64,000 bases of DNA from NCBI GenBank assembly GCA_965263035.1, contig OZ253580.1, positions 4,160,001 to 4,224,000 on the forward strand, read 5' to 3'. Each line of letters opens with the position of its first letter. Position 1 is the first letter of the stretch. A program made the translations under genes and the position numbers. The notes under the pieces were generated by a model, which saw only the letters and a list, made by a program, of their open reading frames with translations, made no database searches and was not told the DNA's origin. This document shows, in pieces, positions 28,275 through 37,031 of this stretch. Origin of the DNA: Acidobacteriota bacterium (GTDB lineage Bacteria; Acidobacteriota; UBA6911; RPQK01; JAJDTT01).

Positions 28275-30247
28275 TGCTCGTACTCCTTTTTGCCTCCGGA
28301 GGCTGCCGCCCCCTGGCCCGTGGCCAGCACCATGATGGGCACCCGTCCCAGCGGAAGCGGTGTGCCAGTCTGCTCGCCCGCCATGGGTTGGGCCCAGAGG
28401 CGCACCAGTTGAGGCATCCCGGTGGCGGGTGAGTCCGGATCCGCGACCAAGGCCATGGTGACGGCCTTTCGAACCGGACGGAATCGAGTCGGATCTCCGA
28501 GATTGCCGCTTTCCAATCCCATGGGGAAATAATACGCGCCCTTGAGCAGAGAGGTGGTGTAAGGGGCCGGGGTGGCCGGAAGGACCCGGACGCCGCTGGG
28601 AAGGTTGTCCGCCGAAACGGCGACTCCGCCCTCGAAACCTTCCTCCAGATCGCAGATCACGGTGAAGGTCTTGCTCTGTCCCGGCTCCAGGTTCACCCGA
28701 TCCGTGGTGGGCCCCAACCTTCGCCCCTTGACTCCCAGGACGTACTCCACGCGGCCCACGTGGGGGATCTTGGGACGAATCATCAGCCGGTAGGCCAAGT
28801 CGGGTCCGCTCCTTCGAGAGGTCAGGTCTCGGATCCGGAGTTGGTAGATCCCGTCTTCCTGAAAGGTGAAGACCGTCTTGCGCTCCGTCGTCTTGCTGAC
28901 GTCGTCCCCGTCCCCACCGTACTCCAGGTGAATGTTGGCGAAAACGTCCTCCCCCCGGGGTCCCGAGACCCGGATCCAAGGATTGAATTGGGGAGGCGCC
29001 GCCTCGGGAGTCTCGACCTCGAATGCCAGACCCTCCCCGGCTTTCACGCGGAAACGATAGGTGTCCACGTCTCCGGGTGGGTCGATGGTCCCCTCCAGGA
29101 CCACGGCGGTGGAGACTTCGGGACCCTCGGTGTCATTGGGTTCCTGTTCCTGAAAGCGAGAGATGACCCGGTCATGCACCGCGTCGCCCTGGGACTCCGG
29201 TTCGGCTTCGGCGTCTCCCGATCCGGTGGCGGGAGCGACACTTCGAGCTGCCAACACCTTCAGCCGGTCGGATTCAAGCGGCTTATGGAACGCTCCATGT
29301 TGAGCGTACGCCCCCGAGTCCCGCTCCAGCCAGTCCGCCGGATCGGGATGGGCCGTCTGCCCCAGAACCGTAGATGAGTCCGGAGGCTCGGTGGCGATCC
29401 TGAGCAGGTAGACGAAGTCGGGATTCCCTTCACCCAGGAACGAACCCATGGAGACCAAATATCGGCCGGCCTTTCGGAATCGGTGCGTCGGCATGGGAAA
29501 GACGGCAAACCGGGCGCCCCAACCCTGCCGCCGCGACTGGAGAACCGGCACCCACGAGAGCGGTTTGGATTCCCAGGGCAGCCTGAGGAGACGGTCCGGG
29601 TCGAACCAGCTTCCGGTAGGGGCGTAGAGGTTCAACTCCGCTTCGGCGCTGTAGGGGATATAGATGGGAAAGGAAGTGAAGGTCTGGAAGTGGAATTGCT
29701 CGCCCGCTTCCGCCTGAAAGGCGTACAGGTCGATCTCCCCGTTGGTCTTGGTGGTTCCGGCGATGACGGCCGGCGCCTGAACCGCCTGGTGCTTCTCCCC
29801 CTCCTGCTCCAGCACCACGGGTTCGCTGACGACCTGGAAGGTCAAGGCATTGGACATGCCGCGTGGACTGACGATCCGAAACCGGTGAAGCCCCACCCTG
29901 GCGTCCTCGCCGATCCGGAGCTGCAGCCGGGCTCGATGTCCGGCCAACTCCGTCTGCTTGGCTTGCGGGTCCCGCTCCACCAGTTCATCGGGGGCCGATT
30001 CCTGGATCTCCTCCAGGCCCAGAAATCGGATCTCCACGTCGTCGCACTCGAACCAGGCGGCGTAGGCCCCTTCCAGGTGCCGGCCTCGGACCGACATCTC
30101 AATCGTCGCACCCCGTTCTCCCCCCATGGGGAAGACGGAGAGGGCCTTGGGCTCCTTGGGCGCCGTCTTTCCGCTCTCATCCGCGGCCCACGAATCACCC
30201 ACGAAAAACAGCACAAACGCAGCTATCAGTGGCCTGATCTTGAACAT
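28271..30247 (-). CDS. PPC (pre-peptidase C-terminal) domain-containing secreted protein
   Basis: Signal peptide, SVFPMGGERG, EQEPND and GDVDTYRFRVKAGE repeats. This is the usual partner of DUF1549/DUF1501 genes. Confidence 0.8.
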   Translation of the reverse strand: MFKIRPLIAAFVLFFVGDSWAADESGKTAPKEPKALSVFPMGGERGATIEMSVRGRHLEGAYAAWFECDDVEIRFLGLEEIQESAPDELVERDPQAKQTELAGHRARLQLRIGEDARVGLHRFRIVSPRGMSNALTFQVVSEPVVLEQEGEKHQAVQAPAVIAGTTKTNGEIDLYAFQAEAGEQFHFQTFTSFPIYIPYSAEAELNLYAPTGSWFDPDRLLRLPWESKPLSWVPVLQSRRQGWGARFAVFPMPTHRFRKAGRYLVSMGSFLGEGNPDFVYLLRIATEPPDSSTVLGQTAHPDPADWLERDSGAYAQHGAFHKPLESDRLKVLAARSVAPATGSGDAEAEPESQGDAVHDRVISRFQEQEPNDTEGPEVSTAVVLEGTIDPPGDVDTYRFRVKAGEGLAFEVETPEAAPPQFNPWIRVSGPRGEDVFANIHLEYGGDGDDVSKTTERKTVFTFQEDGIYQLRIRDLTSRRSGPDLAYRLMIRPKIPHVGRVEYVLGVKGRRLGPTTDRVNLEPGQSKTFTVICDLEEGFEGGVAVSADNLPSGVRVLPATPAPYTTSLLKGAYYFPMGLESGNLGDPTRFRPVRKAVTMALVADPDSPATGMPQLVRLWAQPMAGEQTGTPLPLGRVPIMVLATGQGAAASGGKKEYEQ

Positions 30248-30433
30248 GGATTCAACTCGATAATCGACGCCATGCTACCACACGCCACGGCGAGTTTCCG
30301 CACCCCCGCATCACGTTTCCGCCGACTGTTCGTAGTAGACTGACCGGGTGTCGGAGGCCGGCAAGAGTAGACCTTACGGTCGAGCCGGGGAGAAGATCCG
30401 GCGAGGTCGTCAACAGAGGGAAGGAGCGAGACA

Positions 30434-31621
30434 TTGAAGTATCCGGTGAGTTTCCGGTTCGTATCTCGACGTCGAGTCGTACGGGTGTTGTTGCTTGCAG
30501 CGTTCCCACTCTGGCTCCAGCTCTCCTGCGGCGATTCGGTGCCGTCACAGGAAGACGCACAACGGAGCCTCGTGGTTCCGACCCCCGACCTCAAGGTGGC
30601 CTTCATCGGAGACTCGGGATACGGTCCGCGCACCGACCGGGTGTTGGAGTTGATCCGGCGGGAAGGCGCCCATCTGGTTCTCCACCAGGGGGACCTGGGG
30701 TATGACGAGGGCAACCTGAAGACACCGGTCAACTGGCACTCGGGAGTGGAGCGGATTCTGGACGCGGCCGTCGAGGGAGGGCGCTTTCCGTACCTCTACA
30801 GCGTCGGAAACCACGACGTCCGCCACTGGCGCCAAAAGAACCCTCCGGGATACGGGCGAATTCTCCAGGAGCGCGTGGACGGGACCCCCGGCCTGGAGTG
30901 CACGGGAGATCTGGGGGTGAAGTCCTCCTGCACCTACCAGGGCCTCTTCCTGGTGCTCTCGGGAGTGGGCTCCATGGGCCAGGGGCACCGGCAGTACCTC
31001 TCCGAATCCCTACAGGAGGGGGAGGATTTCCTCTGGAGAATCGCTTCCTGGCACAAGAACCAGCAGGACATGCAGGCGGGCGGGAAACGGGACGACACCG
31101 GCTGGGGGGTGTACCGGGACTGCCAGGAGGCCGGAGCCATCATCGCCACCGGGCACGAGCACTCCTATTCCCGGAGCTACACCCTGACCGATCTGGGCAA
31201 CGAGGCGGCGGGCCATGGGGCCACCGGCTCCCCGGAACGGATGGTGCTGGGGAAGGACAAAACCTTCGTCCTGGTCAGCGGACTCGGGGGCAAGAGCGGA
31301 CGGGACTACCACTGCGAGCAGCACGAGGACGACACCTGGTGGGCTTCCGTCTTCGCACGCAACTATTGGCTCGCCAACGGGGTGGTCAAGGAGAAGAACT
31401 GCACCACCATGGACCCGGACGGAAAACAGTATGCCCGGACGGTCCGGGAGTATGCGGACGGCGCCTTGTTCATAACCTTCAACCCGGGCGGACAGACTCG
31501 TCTGGCCCGCGGCGAATTCCTGACGGTGGAGGGAGAACGGATCGACGAATTTGAGATCGTGAACGAGCGGAGTCCGGACGCGGCAGTCAGCTCGGACGAC
31601 GGCGACGAAAAGGAAGGATGA
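30434..31621 (+). CDS. Calcineurin-like metallophosphoesterase (lipoprotein)
   Basis: GDSG, GDLGY, GNHD and GHEHSY motifs, lipobox LSC. Confidence 0.9.
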   Translation: MKYPVSFRFVSRRRVVRVLLLAAFPLWLQLSCGDSVPSQEDAQRSLVVPTPDLKVAFIGDSGYGPRTDRVLELIRREGAHLVLHQGDLGYDEGNLKTPVNWHSGVERILDAAVEGGRFPYLYSVGNHDVRHWRQKNPPGYGRILQERVDGTPGLECTGDLGVKSSCTYQGLFLVLSGVGSMGQGHRQYLSESLQEGEDFLWRIASWHKNQQDMQAGGKRDDTGWGVYRDCQEAGAIIATGHEHSYSRSYTLTDLGNEAAGHGATGSPERMVLGKDKTFVLVSGLGGKSGRDYHCEQHEDDTWWASVFARNYWLANGVVKEKNCTTMDPDGKQYARTVREYADGALFITFNPGGQTRLARGEFLTVEGERIDEFEIVNERSPDAAVSSDDGDEKEG

Positions 31622-32547
31622 AGCGACGGGAGGCCTTGAAGCTGATGGCGGGAGGCCTGCTGGCCGGAGACCTCTGGAGCCGCCCCGAAAACGGACGATT
31701 GCGAGCCGCCCCGGACTTTCGGTTCCGTTACGTCCTGGCGTCCAGCCTCTATGGGACCTTGAAGCTGAAGGAGATCCTTCCCGAGGTGGCGCGCACCGGC
31801 TGCCGCTTCATCGACATCTGGCCCCGGGGACATGCCGACCAGCGGGAACAGATCGAAGAGATGGGTCACCGGGCGTTCACCCGGCTGCTTCGGGAGCATG
31901 GAGTCCAGGTGGGAATCCTGACCCACTACGACCTGGGACCGTTCGGTCTCCAAGAGGAGATGAAGGTCGGCCGGCAATGGGGAACCCGGATCCTCGTCTG
32001 CGGCAGCGCCAAACGGACGGGCGAGGGTCCGGAATCGCTGAAAGCCGAAATCGACGCCTTTATCGAGAAAATGAAGCCCCACGTGGCCGCCGCCGAGGAG
32101 GCGGGCGTGACCATCGGTATCGAGAACCACGGCTCGGCGTTGATCCGGAGCCCCGATTCCATTCGCTATCTGGCCGAGAAGTCTCCCTCACCCCGTCTGG
32201 GGATCGCTCTGGCGCCCTACCACCTGCCGCAGGACCCGGAGCTCATCGCCGGGCTCATCCGAGATCTGGGTCCGAAAATGGTCCATTTCTACGCCTGGCA
32301 ACATGGCAAGGGCGCCATGAAGAAGCTGCCCAAGGCGGAAGAGATGGAGCAGTTGCCCGGCTACGGAAGTCTCGACTTCGTCCCCGTCGTCCGGGCCCTC
32401 AAGGAGACCCGCTATCAGGGTTGGACCTCCATCTTCATGCACCCGGTCCCCCGGGGGATTCCCATCCTGCCGACCGCCCGGGAGGTCACGGACGCCGTGA
32501 ACCGGTCCCGCCGCTACCTGGAGGAGTGCCTGCAGGTGGTCTCGTGA
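31618..32547 (+). CDS. Sugar phosphate isomerase/epimerase (xylose isomerase-like TIM barrel), Tat signal
   Basis: KRREAL, IGIENH and PGYGSLDF. ATGA coupling to the upstream gene. Confidence 0.85.
   Translation: MKRREALKLMAGGLLAGDLWSRPENGRLRAAPDFRFRYVLASSLYGTLKLKEILPEVARTGCRFIDIWPRGHADQREQIEEMGHRAFTRLLREHGVQVGILTHYDLGPFGLQEEMKVGRQWGTRILVCGSAKRTGEGPESLKAEIDAFIEKMKPHVAAAEEAGVTIGIENHGSALIRSPDSIRYLAEKSPSPRLGIALAPYHLPQDPELIAGLIRDLGPKMVHFYAWQHGKGAMKKLPKAEEMEQLPGYGSLDFVPVVRALKETRYQGWTSIFMHPVPRGIPILPTAREVTDAVNRSRRYLEECLQVVS
32489..32547 (+). repeat. 59-bp direct repeat (3' end of the isomerase gene), copy 1; partner at 35129-35187
   Basis: The first 40 bp are identical and the last 19 bp have 5 mismatches. 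They encode EECLQVVS* and EECLKAVS*. Confidence 0.9.
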
Positions 32548-32670
32548 CCCCGGCATCGGCGGCTGGGTGAATAGGTTTCTTGAGAGGATCTTTGCGATCC
32601 TTTGTGCTCTCCGCATAGTGTGACCATTCAGGATTGCATTCCCTGGCACCCCACCGAAAGACAAAGCGTT

Positions 32671-32687
32671 ATTACAATAGTTGTAAT
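32671..32687. promoter_or_regulatory. Putative antitoxin operator palindrome
   Basis: ATTACAA-TAG-TTGTAAT upstream of the AbrB/MazE gene. Confidence 0.6.
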
Positions 32688-32708
32688 GTTCTGAGGAAAG
32701 GACGATCC

Positions 32709-32936
32709 ATGGTTGAATTGAAGGTTCGTAAATTCGGCAACTCGCTCGGCGTCATCCTTCCCAAAGAGGTCATCAGCCGGCTGCGAACGTAAGACGGGGA
32801 GCCTCTATTCCTGATCGAAGCTCCTGACGGCGGGTACCAACTGACACCTTACGATCCCGCGTTCAAAAGGAAACTGGCCAAAGCCGAAGATATCATTGGC
32901 CGCTACCGGAACACGTTGCGCGTATTGGCCAAGTGA
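32709..32936 (+). pseudogene. AbrB/MazE-family antitoxin with an internal stop; no cognate toxin follows
   Basis: MVELKVRKFGNSLGVILPKE...YQLTPYDP...RYRNTLRVLAK*, with an in-frame TAA at 32790-32792. Confidence 0.85.
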
Positions 32937-32968
32937 CGAATGGGAATCACCGGAGGGAAGAAACAGAA

Positions 32969-34183
32969 TCACGAAAACCGGGTGACATTCTCTCTGCCTG
33001 CGACCGCCCTGACTGCAGACTCGTCGAGTTCGACGCCCAGACCTGGACCGGCGGGCACGAGGTACTCGGCGCCGTCGACCTCGAGGGGCCGATCGAGATA
33101 GCGGTTGGCAACCGAGAAGACGGCCGGGTTGTACTCGGCGAGCCCGACATTGCTTGACGCAGCAGCGAATTGCAGGGCCGCGGCAATCTGGGGTCCCATG
33201 GCAATGCTGATGTGGGGGACGATCCGAGCGCTAGCGCCGATGTCCCGCGCCAGGCCGGCCGCTTCGGTGATGCCCCAACGGCCGAGGTCAGGCTGCAACC
33301 ACTGGACGCAGCCGCACGCCAGGAATGGAGCCAGCTCGTACCGCGAACGATAGCTCTCGCCCAATGCGATCGGCGTGCGGATTTCAGCCGCCAAATCGGC
33401 GTGGTCTGCCGGGGATTCCGGAGCAAGCGGGCATTCAAGCCACAGGGACCCGCGATCGTCAAGTTTTCTGCCAAAGCCGCCCGCCGAGGCCTCGTCAAGC
33501 CGCCAGAGAGCGTCCACCGCGAGGGAAGCCTCCGGCCCCAAGGCTGCGCGCAGGCGGTCGATGAGATCGAAGAGTTCTTCTTCCGTACGGTCGTAGAACA
33601 GCTTGAAGATTCGAAATCCTGCGTCCCAGGCCTCCCGGGCCCGCTCTACTCGATCCGCGTTCGTTGCGCCCGGGAGCCCCGAGAGGTAGCACGGAATCCT
33701 GCTCTTGGGGGCGGAAGATGACAGCAGGTCCGCGACCGAAGTCCCACGAGCCTTGCCGGCCAGGTCCCACAGGGCGATGTCGACTCCGGCTATCGCATCG
33801 AGCATGAAGCCGCCCGTCTGACCGCGAACGCGCATGGTCGAGTACATCCGATTTCGCAACGACCTCACCGTATCGGGAGAACCGTCGAAATCCTGGCCCT
33901 CGACCGCCGGGCGCAGCAATTGATCAATGATCAGGCACGCTATATCCGGAGCGAGCGGGGCCTGAGCCTCTCCCCATCCGGCCAGGCCTGACTCCAGTGT
34001 CACCTTGACCAGCGCGGCTTCGAAATTCACCGAATAGAGCGTGCTGTTCGTTTCCGACCAGCGGTAATCAAAACCACTGGCAGCCAGCTTGGCGGGCGTA
34101 CCCGCGGTTCCTGTCACCGCTGCGGCGTCACGCGGCAGCCTGATCGAAAACGCCTCGATTGAAGCGATTCGATCTACTGACAT
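32969..34183 (-). CDS. Mandelate racemase/muconate lactonizing enzyme family protein
   Basis: GWGEAQ, AGVDIALWDLAGK, VDA, WLECP, LGES and GPGLG. Confidence 0.9.
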   Translation of the reverse strand: MSVDRIASIEAFSIRLPRDAAAVTGTAGTPAKLAASGFDYRWSETNSTLYSVNFEAALVKVTLESGLAGWGEAQAPLAPDIACLIIDQLLRPAVEGQDFDGSPDTVRSLRNRMYSTMRVRGQTGGFMLDAIAGVDIALWDLAGKARGTSVADLLSSSAPKSRIPCYLSGLPGATNADRVERAREAWDAGFRIFKLFYDRTEEELFDLIDRLRAALGPEASLAVDALWRLDEASAGGFGRKLDDRGSLWLECPLAPESPADHADLAAEIRTPIALGESYRSRYELAPFLACGCVQWLQPDLGRWGITEAAGLARDIGASARIVPHISIAMGPQIAAALQFAAASSNVGLAEYNPAVFSVANRYLDRPLEVDGAEYLVPAGPGLGVELDESAVRAVAGRENVTRFS

Positions 34184-35085
34184 GGCGGACTGTTCGTCCC
34201 CACCAATGATCGCAGAGCATCAAGCTCCCTCAACCCGCATTCATCAAGCGAGCGGGTTGGATGGCGGACCGTGGCGTTCTCGATAACTCCCGCATGTACG
34301 AGATTGTGTTTCATTGCCGAAACGCCCAGTCCGGGCTGCAATTCATACCGGATCAGGGGCAGCGCCCGCTGGAACGCGCTCCATGCCGAATCGAACTCGC
34401 CGCTCTCAAGCGCGCTCCAGATCGAGCAGTAGACCGAAACCAGGTCGCTGCCCGGCATGATTCCCCGGGATCCCCGCTGCCACTCCTCGATCATGAACTG
34501 CCCGTTCAGTCCTCCGAACAGTTTCAACATGTCGCCGGCCGCTTCGAGTGTCGTGGTGATCTTGGGGGCGGTCGGCGGAGCCTCGATCTTCGCGTACTCC
34601 ACATGCTCGATTTCACGGGCCATGCGTGCGAGCACCGCCGGAGGCATAGCTACCTGCGTGAGCAGGGGCGCATCCTGCACCATGATCGGAATCCCAACCG
34701 CATCGCTGATCGCGGAATAGAAGAACATCAGGCCGTCCGCATCAGGGCGCAAGTAGTACGGCGGCAAGACCATCAAGCCTGCCGCACCGAGGCCCTCCGC
34801 TTCTTTGCAGGCTTCGACGGCGGCTTCCGTACCGGTGGTGCCAACGCCGGCGATCACCGGGATCCTGCCGTCCAAATGACGCACGATCGCATCGAGCAAC
34901 TGGCGCTTCTCTGAAGGCAGGAGAGTGTAGCCCTCCCCGGCGTTGCCGAAGGCGCCGAAGCCGCCCAGGGCTCTGTGCGCGTACAGATGGTCAACGACCC
35001 GCAGCAGGCCGGCCACGTCGACCTTGCCGTCGTCCTTGAACGGCGTTACCAGGATGGGAATTACTCCTTGGAAAGCGTTTTGCAT
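34174..35085 (-). CDS. Dihydrodipicolinate synthase (DapA-like) family aldolase
   Basis: LVTPF, GNAGE, MVLPPYY and the Schiff-base lysine in YAKIE. Confidence 0.88.
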   Translation of the reverse strand: MQNAFQGVIPILVTPFKDDGKVDVAGLLRVVDHLYAHRALGGFGAFGNAGEGYTLLPSEKRQLLDAIVRHLDGRIPVIAGVGTTGTEAAVEACKEAEGLGAAGLMVLPPYYLRPDADGLMFFYSAISDAVGIPIMVQDAPLLTQVAMPPAVLARMAREIEHVEYAKIEAPPTAPKITTTLEAAGDMLKLFGGLNGQFMIEEWQRGSRGIMPGSDLVSVYCSIWSALESGEFDSAWSAFQRALPLIRYELQPGLGVSAMKHNLVHAGVIENATVRHPTRSLDECGLRELDALRSLVGTNSPPCQ

Positions 35086-35128
35086 CTTTATCGTCTTCTT
35101 ACCTGAAAAAACAGACTGTCCCTTTCCG

Positions 35129-35187
35129 CGGACGCCGTGAACCGGTCCCGCCGCTACCTGGAGGAGTGTCTCAAGGCGGTCTCGTAA
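35129..35187 (+). repeat. 59-bp direct repeat, copy 2 (orphan gene 3' end)
   Basis: Matches 32489-32547 at offset 2640. Confidence 0.9.
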
Positions 35188-35722
35188 ACGGAAATCCGCT
35201 AGGAGGGCGGCCGAGGATGGGCCGCGTGTGTTGGACCTTTCGGTCCCAGGGGCAGTTGACTGGCCCTGGGGACTCCGGGTTGAAGGCCACCAGTGGATTC
35301 CATCCCGACGGCTGGGGATCAGCCTCCACGAATCGGTAATCTATTTCCCGAGAAGACCTCAAATAGTTCGATCTGGTCTGGCGCCGGTGGATCACTGGGG
35401 CTCCAGGTCGTCGATCCAAACGCTCATCGATGAGATCCGGAAGCGAGGTAAAGACCCTTCGACTTGGAAAACGTGGCCGAGATCCCTTTAACTCGAAAAA
35501 TCGAGCGCCGTAGTCGGCCTGTGTTGGCCTGAAAGGCCGGCACTAAGTAGAGTATAGGCCCCTGGGCGTTGTCCATGTCCACAGGGTCGGCGACTTTTCC
35601 ACGGTCAAACACCCTGACTTCTCTTTCACGACGTTAAGAGCAAGACGTTAGTTACAAGAAGTAACCCCGGGCCAGATGTGGAAGCGGATGGGCTATGGTG
35701 GCCGCGTGGTGGAACTCATGAA

Positions 35723-35760
35723 AGGGTACCGACCCGATTCGTGCAGAAATACACGCTGAG
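35723..35760. mobile_element. Tn3-family-like 38-bp terminal inverted repeat (solo relic)
   Basis: agggtaccgacccgattcgtgcagaaatacacgctgag fits the GGGG...GAAA...ACGcTAAG pattern and abuts a resolvase C-terminus. Confidence 0.6.
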
Positions 35761-35860
35761 GGCTTGGCTTGAGCCCTCGGGTGCTCATGAAGCTATGGAG
35801 AGTGGCACGGGACACGCCCGTGCTTCTGGCGATGTCGGTTTTGGACACGCCCAGCTCGTT
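35758..35860 (-). pseudogene. Serine recombinase (resolvase) C-terminal HTH fragment
   Basis: ELGVSKTDIARSTGVSRATLHSFMSTRGL. Confidence 0.65.
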
Positions 35861-36191
35861 GGTTCGCGGGAACGCCATTGTCTCGATGCGGTCCGTCTCG
35901 GGCCGGACGCCTCCGGCCGGCGGTAACCGCGATGACCACGCCGCCAGGCGGCGAATCACCCTGTGCCCTCTGAATGACCTTGCGCCGTTGGTCTTCTCCG
36001 CCGCCCGCTCGTGGCGGGTGGACTACGGAGCCGATGCTCACCGCGGCGGCGAATCCCGTTGGTCGTTTTCTCGCGGTCGGCGGGGCAACGGATCGCCCAA
36101 TGGCGGAAGCTGGGCATCGTCTCTCCGGACTGGTAGCGCCTGATGACCCAACGGCCGTGCCGCTTGCCGTCCACAACCGAACAGGCTGCAT

Positions 36192-36251
36192 CGCGGCGCC
36201 GGCCGCCCCGCTGCCGTATGCGCGGCGCCCAGCGCCTCCCGCAGTTCCAGC
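36192..36251. repeat. 60-bp copy of the C-terminal coding region of the large surface protein (37123-37182)
   Basis: 58 of 60 bases identical by direct comparison. Confidence 0.85.
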
Positions 36252-36306
36252 GATAGCTGTTGCCCCGGATGTTGACGACGTGGTAGTGGTGCACCAACCG
36301 GTCGAT
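36250..36306 (-). pseudogene. IS21 IstB C-terminal fragment
   Basis: IDRLVHHYHVVNIRGNSYR is the conserved IstB C-terminal motif. Confidence 0.7.
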
Positions 36307-36324
36307 GCGCGCCGCCGCCGGAGT

Positions 36325-36978
36325 TCAGCGGGGCGCCGGAGGCCCGGCGGCGGCGGGTTCGAATCGGCGGCGGTCTTCTTCCTCCGGCCGCCGGCGGGGA
36401 ATCGGCTCGCCGAGGGGCGGCAACTGCGCGGGATCGATCTGGCTCACGGCGTGCAGCCCGCCGCCCACCGAGCGGATGCGGTAGGTCGCCTCCGGCGTCC
36501 GCACCGTGCCCGCGACCACGTCGCCGTTTACCACCAGAGTTACCGTGCCCATCTCGACCCCGACCAGCTGGCCCGACAGCGAATAGCCGCCCGAGAAGGT
36601 CGGCGCGGTTCGCTCCACGAGCCCTGTAAACGAGGCATCGTCGAACAGGTTCAGCCTGAGCACGCCCGACGGTCCGGCTGCGACGCCCGCCGTGGCCGCG
36701 TTCACCGCCGGCGTGAGCTGCCCGAAGTCGATGGACACCAGACGCCGCCGCAACGTCAGGGCATCGGGAGACGTCTGCGAACCGGGACCGGCAAACACTG
36801 CCGCCGGCTCTACCACAAGGAAGAGGCCGCCGGGCTGCCCCGCCGCCTCGCCGGCAGCCAACGCCGCCAGCAGCACCCCCGCGAGCGCCGCAAACCAGTG
36901 CCGGCGGCCGAACGCCAACCTGCGCCCGCCGCGCAGCGCCTCCGAATGCAACCGTAGAACGTATTCCATGGGGTTCAT
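36325..36978 (-). CDS. Secreted protein resembling the N-terminal pro-region of bacterial M12 metallopeptidases (stand-alone)
   Basis: Hydrophobic signal-like segment, then TLRRRLVSIDF...LRLNLFDD...TLVVNGDVVAGTVRTPEATYRI...VSQIDP. No HExxH motif. Confidence 0.6.
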   Translation of the reverse strand: MNPMEYVLRLHSEALRGGRRLAFGRRHWFAALAGVLLAALAAGEAAGQPGGLFLVVEPAAVFAGPGSQTSPDALTLRRRLVSIDFGQLTPAVNAATAGVAAGPSGVLRLNLFDDASFTGLVERTAPTFSGGYSLSGQLVGVEMGTVTLVVNGDVVAGTVRTPEATYRIRSVGGGLHAVSQIDPAQLPPLGEPIPRRRPEEEDRRRFEPAAAGPPAPR

Positions 36979-37031
36979 CTCAGTCGGTCCTTCCTGCAGG
37001 CGGGCGCCAGCCCGGCCGCGCCCGAGCCGCC

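Noticed and set aside
28275-28979. N-terminal extension of the 1088-aa ORF call (25713-28979)
   Set aside because: It overlaps the PPC gene out of frame. The ATG at 28274 has an RBS, an ATGA overlap and a signal peptide.
32790-32792. In-frame stop in the antitoxin as programmed readthrough or recoding
   Set aside because: The codon is TAA, other genes here use TAA as a normal stop, and the toxin partner is missing, so pseudogenisation is simpler.
35190-35700. Short ORFs (35228-35491 and others) between the islet and the Tn3-like end
   Set aside because: No recognisable motifs or convincing starts, so coding status cannot be supported.
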